This document shows positions 28,104 through 38,523 of a stretch of 64,000 bases of DNA, piece after piece. Numbering within the stretch: position 1 is the first letter of the stretch; each line of letters opens with the position of its first letter. The stretch lies in IMG/VR virus record IMGVR_UViG_3300009431_000003; one strand, given 5' to 3'. Source of the stretch: a virus. Both the position numbers and the translations under genes were made by a program. The notes below the pieces were generated by a model that saw only the letters and a list, made by a program, of their open reading frames with translations, did not search any database and was not told where the DNA came from.

Positions 28104-28950
28104 TAAGAAAAGTCAGTTAATAATGAGCTTCGAAAAATGGCTTGACTGGCGCATACAATTAGCCGAAGACGCTTTTAAATACCAGAAACCTGGAAGCCAC
28201 ACATATATTCGAATTGAAGCTCGATTAGACTCCTTCCGCGAGGTGAAGAAGAAATTGGATCTGGAGCGGCTTGCTTCTACAGAAAAGCCCAACAAAGGCC
28301 CTAACTTATTGTCTACCCTAAAAAATTGGGCCTTTGCGCCTGTTCCTGTGCAAATATTTGCATGTAACTGTGGCGGGGAAGGTAGAGAGTATAGGGATAA
28401 AAAGACAAAAGAAGTGCGTTTCTATTGCTCCTACTGTGAAAGGGGTACAGCCTATTTTCCGCCAGACGGGATTAAAGAGGCCAAAGAAGCTTGGAGCGAG
28501 ATAATAAAGCAGTCTGTACCTCCTGGAAAAGGCTTTATGTTCAAAGCCGGTCTTTTTGAGGGAGAAGGTTGCTACCCAAACAAAGAAGATCATAAAGAAA
28601 GGTTATTTGGTTCTCCTCCAGATATTGAACCTAAACCTATGAAACTACCAAAGCTAAAAGTCTTGGAGAAGAATAGAAACGCTAAAAGATGTACAGTAAT
28701 AGGAATTGTCAGGGATAGAAAGTCTTCAGGTACTCGTGTATTTAATCTTTCTTGCGGCTACCAACTAAAACTTGGGCCGTCTGTCGCTATAGGCGACCTT
28801 GTCGTATGCCCTTATTGTAGTGGTTTCGCTAAAGGCACTAAAACAGAAAGGCTCGACTCAAGTAAGCCCAACCCTGTACAACCTCCTCGCACACTTCCAG
28901 TAAAAGAATATGACAAGATAATAATTGAAGCTGTGGAGAAAGATAAATGA
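28093..28950 (+). CDS. hypothetical protein with Lar-like Zn finger and C-terminal Zn module
   Basis: CNCGGEG..FYCSYC; LSCG..L..G..V.CPYC. Confidence 0.7.
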   Translation: MGNDKKSQLIMSFEKWLDWRIQLAEDAFKYQKPGSHTYIRIEARLDSFREVKKKLDLERLASTEKPNKGPNLLSTLKNWAFAPVPVQIFACNCGGEGREYRDKKTKEVRFYCSYCERGTAYFPPDGIKEAKEAWSEIIKQSVPPGKGFMFKAGLFEGEGCYPNKEDHKERLFGSPPDIEPKPMKLPKLKVLEKNRNAKRCTVIGIVRDRKSSGTRVFNLSCGYQLKLGPSVAIGDLVVCPYCSGFAKGTKTERLDSSKPNPVQPPRTLPVKEYDKIIIEAVEKDK

Positions 28951-29400
28951 AATGTATTCGTTGCGGAGCTTGTTGTCAAATTTTCGATGGGATTGCCTTA
29001 ATTACTAAAGACCTACAGCATCATACTTTATCTTTTTACAAAGCTGAAGCTGTATATGGAAGGTTACAAATAAGAATAGAGGGCATGAAAAAAATGCCCT
29101 TTCCTTCGAGGGCGTAAAGTAAAGAGTTGCTCCATCTATAAGAATAGGCCAGAAGCCTGTAAACTATTTAAGTCCACAAAAGAGAACTGTGCCTGGGCAC
29201 GAGCAGCTATCCAAGCCAGGAAAGAGGGTATTGCTCCGGGCAGTAAAGACTGGCCCAACCCTCCATTAGTTAAAGTGACAAAGAAAGAGGCTAAAAGGCG
29301 GGCGAAGAACATTAATGCCTCAGTTAGCCATAAACGTGAAATATTTCCAAATGTAAGAATAGAGAACCGATCATTACCTGAAATAAAGGAGCCGGCATGA
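28947..29400 (+). pseudogene. YkgJ-family (CxxCxxCC) Fe-S/Zn protein split by one extra A in an A7 run
   Basis: MKCIRCGACC... reads to ATG-A7 (29088-29094); the +1 frame continues CPFLRGRKVKSCSIYKNRPEAC to TGA 29400. Confidence 0.8.
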
Positions 29401-30563
29401 ACAAGGAAAAGGGAACAGATATATGTCCTGGATGTGGCGGGAAAGGCCGTGTAATGGTCCATGACCCAGACATTTGCGACAAGGCGGAAGAGCGGGTATG
29501 CTCTATCTGTGACGGCAAACGCACAGTCATTTGGCCCATCGAGCCGCCCAATATCTATGCGCGGGTAAGTAAGCGGGCCGGGGATGTCGTCGAAATTAAC
29601 CTACCTATCCTCAAAAAGCCCGTATGGACATACTATGACGAAAATGGTGATTTATCCATTCGAGTCTGGCCAACTGAAGGAGATGCATACATGGCTTGGG
29701 AGAAACAAGTACATCCCGACCGGAAATATGTAGATAGGTCAATGGTCCATATCACTGAGCGATTTTCTAGCAGCGTAGTAAGTATTGGTCTTATAGACGG
29801 TAAACACATCGGCTGGTCCTTCCTGGACGAAACCAAGAATTTTCCAATCCCGGCATTTGCTACAAATAAACTACATTATTGGGAGACAGAAGCAGAGGCG
29901 TGGGTAGAAGCTAACAAATACGCCAATATCACGAATTATGGCGATCCCCGAGATTGCTGTCCAGATGGGCACCCACATCAAGGCTGTCAAGTAGAAGACT
30001 GCCTAAACGATAATATACACTATTTCTGTCCCGAGTCGGAAAAGAAGATCAGCCCGGTTCTTCCAGACAACCACCCCGCCAAAGCATATGATCCAGAGAG
30101 ATGTATTACTGCTGCTGAACTTAGAAAAATGGGCATGGAGTTATCCCCTAATATTCCAGACATAGCCTGGGTCCCCAGATACGCAATACAAATCACTTCT
30201 TGGAACCCTCGCGGAACGGAAAACATCTTCCAGATAGCGATTACATCCCCTTTTCGGTGGGTACAAGCCGACATCATCGTCACCGCTGTACCGACGATTC
30301 GAAAAGGCTTAAACTGGCGTTGCGGGACTTGCGGGGCATGGCACAAGGAAATGCCTACCACAGAATATAACAGACTGATTGCCGTGACAGTTCCAGACAC
30401 CACGGAAGAAGGGTATTGTAACGAGCAGTGCCCTTTCCATTGTCGTGAATCCTCCAAGGATTACTTTTGTATCATCGGACTGCATCAGAAACCAAAAGCA
30501 GTTATGGACGAAGGATGGTGCAGGCCGGGGCCAGAGTGTCCTGCTTATGAAAAAGGAGACTGA
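29397..30563 (+). CDS. Cys-rich hypothetical protein with DnaJ-like CxxCxGxG repeat
   Basis: CPGCGGKG...CSICDGK. Confidence 0.7.
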   Translation: MNKEKGTDICPGCGGKGRVMVHDPDICDKAEERVCSICDGKRTVIWPIEPPNIYARVSKRAGDVVEINLPILKKPVWTYYDENGDLSIRVWPTEGDAYMAWEKQVHPDRKYVDRSMVHITERFSSSVVSIGLIDGKHIGWSFLDETKNFPIPAFATNKLHYWETEAEAWVEANKYANITNYGDPRDCCPDGHPHQGCQVEDCLNDNIHYFCPESEKKISPVLPDNHPAKAYDPERCITAAELRKMGMELSPNIPDIAWVPRYAIQITSWNPRGTENIFQIAITSPFRWVQADIIVTAVPTIRKGLNWRCGTCGAWHKEMPTTEYNRLIAVTVPDTTEEGYCNEQCPFHCRESSKDYFCIIGLHQKPKAVMDEGWCRPGPECPAYEKGD

Positions 30564-30614
30564 TAATGAGAAACCAAGTAAGCTATCGGAGTCCAACGTG
30601 GAAAGGAGTCCCTG

Positions 30615-30854
30615 ATGAATGAGGAGTATCCACATAGAGTAAATGACAAAGTATATGCCGCCAAGGTCACCGGGACGGGCACTATCATCGGTCTACCTGT
30701 AGTTTGGCTGGACCGTTCCATAGGTTTTGACGCTATCCAAATTGCGACATTCTTGGGCGAGAACCCTAAAGTCAACGAGGAAGTTATTGTCGCTGAGTAT
30801 AGAGACGCGCCAGAAGCCCGATCCCTCCGTGCTTGGCGAAAAGGAAGGAGGTAA
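30615..30854 (+). CDS. hypothetical protein
   Basis: AAGGAG RBS. Confidence 0.6.
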   Translation: MNEEYPHRVNDKVYAAKVTGTGTIIGLPVVWLDRSIGFDAIQIATFLGENPKVNEEVIVAEYRDAPEARSLRAWRKGRR

Positions 30855-30856
30855 TT

Positions 30857-31144
30857 ATGGCCGAACATACGAAACACACGGTAATCAATCTGGGCTTCAA
30901 CGAAATTGGGCATGCCGAAGGTTGTGTAGAACTACAAGCAGAAATTGACGGAGAGCCTTGCAGCGTCATTATTTCATACGAAGCGCGAAAGCAAGAGCTT
31001 TATCAGACCTTTCGAGTAAATGTCCCTGAGCCGGATAGGGTCGCGAGAATAGAGGGAAACACCACCCGTTTTGATTATAATCGGTTCACACACTCTCAGC
31101 ATATATACAGGCAAGCTGTGGAAAGTACAGGGGAGGGGAAATGA
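30857..31144 (+). CDS. hypothetical protein, paralogue of 27211..27495
   Basis: GGAGG RBS; shared N-terminal ~65 aa. Confidence 0.75.
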   Translation: MAEHTKHTVINLGFNEIGHAEGCVELQAEIDGEPCSVIISYEARKQELYQTFRVNVPEPDRVARIEGNTTRFDYNRFTHSQHIYRQAVESTGEGK

Positions 31145-31617
31145 TGCAGACAGAGAGGATCACGATAGAGAGCATAAATAACCTACATCCTTGTGGGTGG
31201 GACAGAGAAGATAACGGAAAGAATTATACACCTAGACGAGTACGGGAACTATACGAAGGCACAGATAAGGCCGGGGTCACGCCGTTGGGCTTTATAGAAA
31301 GAGCAACCAAACTCAAGGTACCTCCTGAAGATATTTTGTGGGTACTTTTACGGCCGCAGTTCCTTCCGGAACGAGACTTAGAGGAATTGAGTTGCTTGTT
31401 CGCTTTATGGTCTCTACATTTCTTTGAGGAGGCTTACCCAAATGACGACAGGCCAAGAAAAGCTATAGAGACGAAGCAGAGACGGCTCCATGGTAAAATT
31501 TCCGACAAAGAACTGAAAGCAGCAAGGGCAGCGGCAGCAGAGGCAGCAGAGGCAGCATGGGCAGCCTTGCTCGATATATTAGTGGATTACTTGAAAGGAG
31601 TGAATAATGAAAGATAA
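31141..31617 (+). CDS. Imm5-like domain protein with Ala-rich repeat
   Basis: EDILWVL..L.E..CLFA..L.FFEEAYPNDDRPRKAIE...AARAAAAEAAEAAWAA. Confidence 0.7.
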   Translation: MMQTERITIESINNLHPCGWDREDNGKNYTPRRVRELYEGTDKAGVTPLGFIERATKLKVPPEDILWVLLRPQFLPERDLEELSCLFALWSLHFFEEAYPNDDRPRKAIETKQRRLHGKISDKELKAARAAAAEAAEAAWAALLDILVDYLKGVNNER

Positions 31618-31819
31618 AGCCGCCAGTGACAGAGGAACTGTACAGCTAGCAAATGTTGATGAATCGTTTAATGTAATCAAAGTCAACCTAAAAACAGACA
31701 TCAATACCTTCCTGTGGTCACGTCTTCCGGGCAGCACGACAATTTCGCGGGCAGACGAAATAGCTTGCACGATATACAATGTGATTATAGCAGAATTGGA
31801 GAGTAAAAATGAAGTTTAG
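31607..31819 (+). CDS. hypothetical protein
   Basis: AAGGAG RBS. Confidence 0.6.
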   Translation: MKDKAASDRGTVQLANVDESFNVIKVNLKTDINTFLWSRLPGSTTISRADEIACTIYNVIIAELESKNEV

Positions 31820-32957
31820 AGAGAAACCTATAGAGGTAGAGGCGGTACAGTGGGACGGGAGCGGGGAGACGTTCGACATACTTAAGAAGATAGCCGGTCC
31901 TCGTGTTTTACAGTGGGATTACAACGGAAATTATCTCTTGATTAAGACTCTGGAGGGAAAGATGCGTGGAAATCTGGGGGACTGGATTATCCAAGGAGTT
32001 AAAGGAGAAGCGTATCCTTGTAAGCCTGACATCTTCGAAGCGACCTACGAAGCAGTAAATGAGGAAGCTGATGAGGAAAAAGTAAGAAACCATCCCAACA
32101 AAGCACACGTATCTCCTGAAGAATTATTAAAATCGCACCAACAAATTATGAAACAACGAGATAAAGAATTGGAAGATGCCAGCAAAAAAGAAAAAGAATA
32201 TCGGCGAAAGGTGGCCTTTCTAGTGTTTATATGGAACAAGGGTATCGCGCCTCCAAAAGATGACGATCCGTGGGACTTTACTGTCAAGAATACATTAGAC
32301 GGAAATTGGATAGCTCACTTGTCTTTCTATAATCCAAAATATCAGAATGCTCATACATGGAGAAGTTATACAATAACTAATGGTGGTCCGTATTACGGCT
32401 TTACGTTTACCCCTGCAGATAAACACACAGAGGATGAGGATTTGAAACAACTCAATGATTTTACTGAAATGCCTGCTGGGGATATTAGTTCCGCTAACCA
32501 AAAAATGCGTGCAGAAAAGAAGACTCGTATTCAATACCAGAATATTGTGTACAAAGCCATGAACTTACTTGACCGAGCTCAAGGAAAAGAGCCCGGTAAT
32601 GGAACCATTAAAGATACTTTCTTAGAAGATCTTGGTATATTTTTGGGAGTAAAAGTCTCGGAACATACCAGAGGTATTCCTTTTCTTCCTGACGTTACAG
32701 CAAAGTATCTCAATAAGATTGAGGATGAACAAACTGAGGCTGCTAAAGAAGTAGCCTTAGCAATACAATCAAAACCTCATCAAGTACCAAAGCCTGCTGG
32801 CGTCTCCTGGGTAACAGAGGTTTTAGAGTACGAAACAGGATCAGATCGCCGCTACTATAAACTATCTTGTGACCATAAAATACTTCTCAACCCTAGCCTG
32901 AGTATTGGTAAGGAAGTAAATTGCCCCATTTGTACCAAACTAAATAAAGACGCTTAA
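31809..32957 (+). CDS. fusion: conserved phage N-terminal domain (KP-x-x-VEAVQW...GDWII.GVKGE.YPCKPDIF..TY) plus unknown domains and C-terminal Zn module
   Basis: motif recognised by eye. Confidence 0.75.
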   Translation: MKFREKPIEVEAVQWDGSGETFDILKKIAGPRVLQWDYNGNYLLIKTLEGKMRGNLGDWIIQGVKGEAYPCKPDIFEATYEAVNEEADEEKVRNHPNKAHVSPEELLKSHQQIMKQRDKELEDASKKEKEYRRKVAFLVFIWNKGIAPPKDDDPWDFTVKNTLDGNWIAHLSFYNPKYQNAHTWRSYTITNGGPYYGFTFTPADKHTEDEDLKQLNDFTEMPAGDISSANQKMRAEKKTRIQYQNIVYKAMNLLDRAQGKEPGNGTIKDTFLEDLGIFLGVKVSEHTRGIPFLPDVTAKYLNKIEDEQTEAAKEVALAIQSKPHQVPKPAGVSWVTEVLEYETGSDRRYYKLSCDHKILLNPSLSIGKEVNCPICTKLNKDA

Positions 32958-32962
32958 GGTAA

Positions 32963-33442
32963 TCAGCTTCTCCACTTTCCGCTTGAAGGCTTAGGAACTT
33001 CTACAATCCCATTAATTTCTTTATAATTACCCAAAAACTCATCACCTTTAGTAATGGGCTGTCTAGCCTTTAAAGACATACCCGAACGCGTTTTATATGC
33101 TGATACGTTAGGGTGCTTAGCATGGTTAAGGTATCTACCGAGAATTGTCTTTTTAAAGTCCTTATCTACTGAGATGGGGCGCGTCAATCGTTGCATTACT
33201 CGTCCAATATGCTCGCCTTTTGAATACTCTCTTGTGGCAAAAACACCTTTACCATGAACAATAGAAGGTTTTACGGCAATAGCCAGCTTACACATCTCAA
33301 GAGCAAAGGAAGTCATAGAAGCTGTCTTCTTGCGTTCTTTTTTCTTGTGCTGCTTATAGGCAATTCCCCAAGCCATGGATTCCGGCATTTCGGGATTCTT
33401 AGCCTTTAAACGCTCAACTCTATCATGCACCCATTTAGGCAT
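32963..33442 (-). CDS. SET-domain protein (putative lysine methyltransferase)
   Basis: SIVHGKGVFA, RYLNHAKHPNV, KGDEFLGNY. Confidence 0.85.
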   Translation of the reverse strand: MPKWVHDRVERLKAKNPEMPESMAWGIAYKQHKKKERKKTASMTSFALEMCKLAIAVKPSIVHGKGVFATREYSKGEHIGRVMQRLTRPISVDKDFKKTILGRYLNHAKHPNVSAYKTRSGMSLKARQPITKGDEFLGNYKEINGIVEVPKPSSGKWRS

Positions 33443-33450
33443 GGACTATC

Positions 33451-33690
33451 TCATTTATTTGAAATTAATTCAGGAGTGACTGCCCCACCTACTGCCCAGG
33501 GCAGAGCTTCCAGCCCAGCCGAGCCTAAACGAGCGTGTAAAGCTTTGTTTAGCGCACGAGACCTAACCAGAGCAGGAAGCATAGCCGCCCCGCCAAGAAG
33601 GCTACCTGTAACAAACCTGGCCGGCCAGCGGCTTTTTTTCTTCTCTTGTGCTATCTTTATAATTTCTAAGGCAAAAGAATTATTCAACAT
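33451..33690 (-). CDS. small putative virion protein
   Basis: N-terminal SFALEIIKIA motif shared with other minus-strand genes. Confidence 0.6.
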   Translation of the reverse strand: MLNNSFALEIIKIAQEKKKSRWPARFVTGSLLGGAAMLPALVRSRALNKALHARLGSAGLEALPWAVGGAVTPELISNK

Positions 33691-33726
33691 AATAAGTAAG
33701 TATATAATCAGAAAGGTGAAAGATCA

Positions 33727-34107
33727 ATGAAAAATGCAGCATTCCTTACTTTGAAACTTGCTCTAAAAGGAACAGTCAACAATACAGATAATCTCATGGA
33801 GTTTGACTCTATAGATAATACCTCTTCTATATACTTCCCAATTGTTAAAGCTGAAAAAGATGATACAGGGTGGATTTTTTGGGGAGGAACAGAAAAAGGG
33901 CTATACTTAGTTGAGGCGGAAAGGGAAGATAACGACGTTATTTGCTGGGTGATTATATCCGATATAGTATTATATTTCATGTCTGAGTTTTTATTTGGGC
34001 AGTTTAGAATGGACGAAGACGGCAACATGAAAACCCGCAACCAATGCCGCGCTGAAGCAACAAAACAACTTCAAGAGCTTGGGTACAAATTACAAGAGAA
34101 AGAATAA
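33727..34107 (+). CDS. hypothetical protein
   Basis: AAGGTG RBS, block start. Confidence 0.65.
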   Translation: MKNAAFLTLKLALKGTVNNTDNLMEFDSIDNTSSIYFPIVKAEKDDTGWIFWGGTEKGLYLVEAEREDNDVICWVIISDIVLYFMSEFLFGQFRMDEDGNMKTRNQCRAEATKQLQELGYKLQEKE

Positions 34108-34156
34108 TGAAGCATCTGTATTTACTTGCTCTCAATAATCATGTTAGGAGAAAAAT

Positions 34157-34891
34157 ATGTCTAAAAATTTTAGAAAAGTTGCTGTGGCCTCAGCAGTAAT
34201 AGATCACTTAAGAAATTCCGGATTTGCCGAGGCTAGTGACTTACCGTGGCAAATCCGGAAAAAGATAACTACAATAATAAAAGACCAAGTAACTAAAGGG
34301 AAACTATTAGTCTACGACGACAAACATGGAAAAGATCCTACTTGGGGAGATATTAAAGTATCCTGCATGATTCCTTTGTCTGATGATAAAGAGTTGTTCG
34401 CTATCCTTCGACCAACAAGATACCCTGCCGAGCATAACCAAGCGGCCTGGATCATTGTTACTGTTATTTCCTGGGAAGAAGCTGAAGCATATAATCCCAC
34501 GGAATACGCAGACATTATTCAGGATGTTTATTCTCCAAAGAGTGCGTGGACATATAACTTTAAAGAAGTATTCGGAAATTTATCCCCGGAAGACTACAAA
34601 GAGGCAACGGGAGAAGCCACAACAAACCAAGAACTAAAACCTCCGGAAATTCCTATTACTACTATTTGGAAAGCAAGAGAATTGCTTCAAAGCAGTAAGA
34701 TCGGAGATATTTCTCTCGATACTAAAGGTAAAAAGCTCTCTGGAGAGTTAACTGTTAACAGCGTCGTAGTTGATTTATCTGCCGACACAGACGAAGAATT
34801 TCTACAAAAAATCAGGACAGCCCTCGATAACATATCGGCGCCCATTGAAGAAGCCAGAAGGCTTATCACAGAAGGAGAAGGAAATGACTAA
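34157..34891 (+). CDS. hypothetical protein
   Basis: AGGAG RBS. Confidence 0.7.
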   Translation: MSKNFRKVAVASAVIDHLRNSGFAEASDLPWQIRKKITTIIKDQVTKGKLLVYDDKHGKDPTWGDIKVSCMIPLSDDKELFAILRPTRYPAEHNQAAWIIVTVISWEEAEAYNPTEYADIIQDVYSPKSAWTYNFKEVFGNLSPEDYKEATGEATTNQELKPPEIPITTIWKARELLQSSKIGDISLDTKGKKLSGELTVNSVVVDLSADTDEEFLQKIRTALDNISAPIEEARRLITEGEGND

Positions 34892-35255
34892 TTATCTAAA
34901 TCATGTATTTGTTGTTATGCGGTCAGGAGAAGCTCAAGCGGCAACTGTTGAAGCTGTAACTATGCCTGGAATATCTCGAATAAAAGACGTAAAAAATAAA
35001 ATAATGCAGGCAGTAACTGCTTGGGTAAAGAACTATAACTCAGGACAAAAAGCTTGGGAGGGCTCCTCTGAGGATTACAATATCGGAGACCTATCAAACG
35101 ATCTGAGTAACAAGTATCTGGAAACGGAATTGGAAGATCAAGGGATCATCGACTTATCTATAAGCTTAGATAGACTAGGGCAACGTGATTGGGAATATGA
35201 CGACATTCTTGTAATAAAAGATAGATTATATAACGTAGAGGATACAAACGTATGA
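34884..35255 (+). CDS. hypothetical protein
   Basis: AAGGA RBS, overlap coupling. Confidence 0.65.
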   Translation: MTNYLNHVFVVMRSGEAQAATVEAVTMPGISRIKDVKNKIMQAVTAWVKNYNSGQKAWEGSSEDYNIGDLSNDLSNKYLETELEDQGIIDLSISLDRLGQRDWEYDDILVIKDRLYNVEDTNV

Positions 35256-35743
35256 AAACAATGCATGGGGTTGTGACTTTAGTCTTTAATATGGACCAGA
35301 TCACTAAAGGCGAGAGCCGAGACCAATTCAACGAAGCAATTCACCAAATAAATGTAGATCTACAGCGCCAGCCTTACGGCCTGGGCGCGCAACTCTACGT
35401 AGCCGAGGATCAAAAAGAAATGGGCTTCCTTATCGAGAATAATACTGTTACTTGTGACGAATGCGGTGCTGAGACCCAAATTGATGGAGAGTATGTAGGC
35501 GCTTACTTTGACGTATGGGACGAGAAAGAACCAACATATCATTATGAGTGCTGTTCAAAGAAGTGCGAAAACAAGCTACTGGAAAACACCGAATACTGTC
35601 CTATCTGTAAAAGAGAGTTACATGAATTACAAGAACATCCAAAGCACCCGCCTCGTGGACTTTCAATGGTACAGGTGGAGGGGCATGAAAGCTTAATCTG
35701 CCGGCGTTGCGCTGAGAAAGAAGGGTGGAAGTATGTGCCATGA
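35252..35743 (+). CDS. Cys-rich hypothetical protein
   Basis: CDEC, CCSKKC, CPIC, CRRC. Confidence 0.7.
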   Translation: MKTMHGVVTLVFNMDQITKGESRDQFNEAIHQINVDLQRQPYGLGAQLYVAEDQKEMGFLIENNTVTCDECGAETQIDGEYVGAYFDVWDEKEPTYHYECCSKKCENKLLENTEYCPICKRELHELQEHPKHPPRGLSMVQVEGHESLICRRCAEKEGWKYVP

Positions 35744-35782
35744 TAAGTCTGCATCGTGTCTACCTTATGAGGGTCCGCCTAA

Positions 35783-36100
35783 GTGGTACCAGCGATGATA
35801 ACAAGGACAAAAACCCCTCCGGAGATTCAGGCAATGATTAATAAAGTTGACGCTAACATCCGTAAGGCAACCAAAAAATATGTTGGCAAACCTTCTTGGA
35901 GAGCATCACTCCGATACCGAATTATCGTATGGTGCCGAGCAATTCAACAATGGTGGTTTCTACGCCAACAAAAGACAGTGCTAAATTGTCCTTTTCCAAG
36001 ACTACGATGGAACAGTGTCAGCCAATTCTTTACTCTCCTGCACCCAATTACTTACAATAAGATCGAGCTAACAGTAAGCAGTAAAGAAAAGGAAAATTAA
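35783..36100 (+). CDS. hypothetical protein
   Basis: packed block. Confidence 0.55.
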   Translation: MVPAMITRTKTPPEIQAMINKVDANIRKATKKYVGKPSWRASLRYRIIVWCRAIQQWWFLRQQKTVLNCPFPRLRWNSVSQFFTLLHPITYNKIELTVSSKEKEN

Positions 36101-36211
36101 ATGAAACTACATGTAACCGCCGGGGTGCCCTTCCCACCAGACGCCGTAACACAGACCTTTGGGTTTAATCGAGGAGCTACACAAAGAATTATTTGATTAA
36201 AGGAGAAATAA

Positions 36212-36460
36212 ATGAACTACAATTTAATGAGAGAACATATAGGACATAAGATAGTTTGTGTCTGTTATGGAAAAACTGGAGAAGACCCAGACAATATAGC
36301 AATCGAATGCGAAACTTGCGGGGAAGTACTAATTGACGCTTGTGCTGGAGATTACTGGGCAAAATACCTTGCTGAAGAACAAACGATAACTAATGGAGCT
36401 TTACCTTTACCGCAGTGGGAGCACTACGCACCCTTTCAACAGAACAAATACAAAAACTGA
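36212..36460 (+). CDS. hypothetical protein
   Basis: AAGGAG RBS; HIGHKIVCVCYG...IAIECETCGEVL. Confidence 0.7.
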   Translation: MNYNLMREHIGHKIVCVCYGKTGEDPDNIAIECETCGEVLIDACAGDYWAKYLAEEQTITNGALPLPQWEHYAPFQQNKYKN

Positions 36461-36670
36461 AAGACGCCCCATGCTATACCCTTCAAGACAAGCCTCGAAA
36501 GTTCTCTGCCGGAAAAATAACTAGTCTTAGCCAACCTATGGTTATACTTAAAACTGAAAAAGAAAAAATTGCTCAGCACTTGCAGCTAATTTTGTCTGCC
36601 GCCAATAACCTTAAAACAGAGGGAGAACATCGAGGGCGGTATTGATGCAATAACTGAAATAATAGAAAAA

Positions 36671-36934
36671 ATGACGGCTAATTATCAGCTTGAGAAGTAC
36701 CAGCTTACCAAAAAGGCGGAGACTTACCAAGCTGATTGGGCGGCTGAGAAACATAAATTTGGCACTATTTTAGCGGGCCTAAAAGAGAAAAACAAACAAC
36801 TGGAGAGTCACTTCAAAAATATACAGAAAACAGCGCAAGACGGATATAAAGACGATGCACTTTCTTACGTTGATGATATCTGCACACTTATAGATATGTC
36901 AGACAAAAAGAACCCAATAAAGGAAAGCGAATGA
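36671..36934 (+). CDS. hypothetical protein
   Basis: packed block. Confidence 0.55.
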   Translation: MTANYQLEKYQLTKKAETYQADWAAEKHKFGTILAGLKEKNKQLESHFKNIQKTAQDGYKDDALSYVDDICTLIDMSDKKNPIKESE

Positions 36935-37182
36935 AGTATATTAAGACTACTTGGGACGATAGAAAAGCAGCAGAAAAACGCGAGCATAAGAGTACTTGCC
37001 GCAATTCAAAACAAGCCGGGAAAAGCTCATACTGGATCACATGCCCGTTTTGTGACAAAGAGGTCATTGCTTATGTATGGTCAATAGCTGGTGGAGGAAA
37101 GCGGTGTCCCAACTGCGGAGCCATGCACTCGTACTATGGAACATCACATAGGAAGAAGAATCCTAGGAAGGAGGGGCAATGA
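36931..37182 (+). CDS. hypothetical Zn-ribbon protein
   Basis: CPFC...WSIAGGGKRCPNCGA. Confidence 0.7.
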   Translation: MKYIKTTWDDRKAAEKREHKSTCRNSKQAGKSSYWITCPFCDKEVIAYVWSIAGGGKRCPNCGAMHSYYGTSHRKKNPRKEGQ

Positions 37183-37481
37183 AGGCAGTAAGATCAGTGT
37201 CACTAACTAGAAAGAACGACCCGTCAGAAAAAGAGACTCAACTTATGCTCTATTTATCAGAAGAGGACGCAAATGCTCTATACGAACTCGGTACAGAAGC
37301 TATAGCTAAAGGCTGCGGACTCTCTTTTGATATTTACAACAATGACATTCTCCTGTGTAAATACTCTTACGCTCCGGGAGATATTGGTGAGGTCATTTTG
37401 GGAATGCAACAAGAAAAATTTGCTGGCAGGCAACATAGTCTTGGGTCTCATGGCCTTCTTAAAGGAAATGAAGGTGATTAG
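37179..37481 (+). CDS. hypothetical protein
   Basis: GGAGG RBS, ATGA overlap. Confidence 0.65.
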   Translation: MKAVRSVSLTRKNDPSEKETQLMLYLSEEDANALYELGTEAIAKGCGLSFDIYNNDILLCKYSYAPGDIGEVILGMQQEKFAGRQHSLGSHGLLKGNEGD

Positions 37482-37650
37482 TATAATGGAAAATCAAGGA
37501 ATGAGCCCCAAAGAAATGATTGGACGTAAAGTTCGAGACAAAAAAAAACAGCAAGTTAGGGCGGCTATCCCCATAAATTATCTATATTTTTGGGGCTTCT
37601 TGTTGGTGCCGTGGATACTGTAAATGGAATAATAAAATAAGGGAGACAAT

Positions 37651-37851
37651 ATGTGCCGGAATTGTAATTGGGAAGAATACTTGGATAAAATTGAGCTTTT
37701 ACTGGACGACGAGGAATATGAGTTTGCTTCAAACACTCTCCAAGGAATCAAAGATTGGATAACTGGAGAAGGCGCCAGAGAGCCTAGAAACCATATCACG
37801 CCTAAACAGCAGCAAGCCATAGAAAATATAGAAAACAGCACCAATTATTAA
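37651..37851 (+). CDS. hypothetical protein
   Basis: AGGGAG RBS. Confidence 0.65.
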   Translation: MCRNCNWEEYLDKIELLLDDEEYEFASNTLQGIKDWITGEGAREPRNHITPKQQQAIENIENSTNY

Positions 37852-38052
37852 ATCGGTATTTCCCACATAAGAACAATAACAAAAGCAATATTTTTAACAA
37901 AAAGGGGGAGTTATGGAAAAATGGCCACTTATTTTAATCGGCGCGGTTGCTATTATCGCTGCTTGTCGGCAAGCACATAAACACAACACTATCAGAAAAT
38001 TTAATGAACATCCGGAAATGTATCTCCTCAAGGCTCTGTTGGAGGACTCCAA

Positions 38053-38523
38053 ATGTCAGTAATTTATTTGTCCTTGGATACTCCAATCAATACCTTAAGA
38101 AAATATGGCTTTTCTTATCTTACTGGAGAAGCCTGCGGCGTTGCGCATCGAGGTTTATTCGATTTGGATGAAAAAGCAAAAAAAGTATGGGAAACAATGA
38201 CCAGAACTTCTTTAACAAGTAAGTGCTGGAATACAGGAGTTGGTTCTATAATTATTCCTAATGCCTGGGTCAAAGATATCGCTGTCTGGTGTCTTCTTGT
38301 TACTGACAAGTGTCATGTTGTAGCAGAAATGGTAGACAAGCGAGGGCCTTTGAGCCTAATAGGATTAAATAAGGACACCTCAAATATTGAAAAAGTAATC
38401 CAAGAAACTTATTCTTCAGCACTAAAAAGAGGAGCAGTAAGCATATCTCGGTACTACAAAATTTCTTCTAATCCTGGTACAGGATTAGATAATACCCACC
38501 AAATGACTCAACGAACAAATTAG
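38053..38523 (+). CDS. hypothetical protein
   Basis: GGAGG RBS. Confidence 0.7.
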   Translation: MSVIYLSLDTPINTLRKYGFSYLTGEACGVAHRGLFDLDEKAKKVWETMTRTSLTSKCWNTGVGSIIIPNAWVKDIAVWCLLVTDKCHVVAEMVDKRGPLSLIGLNKDTSNIEKVIQETYSSALKRGAVSISRYYKISSNPGTGLDNTHQMTQRTN

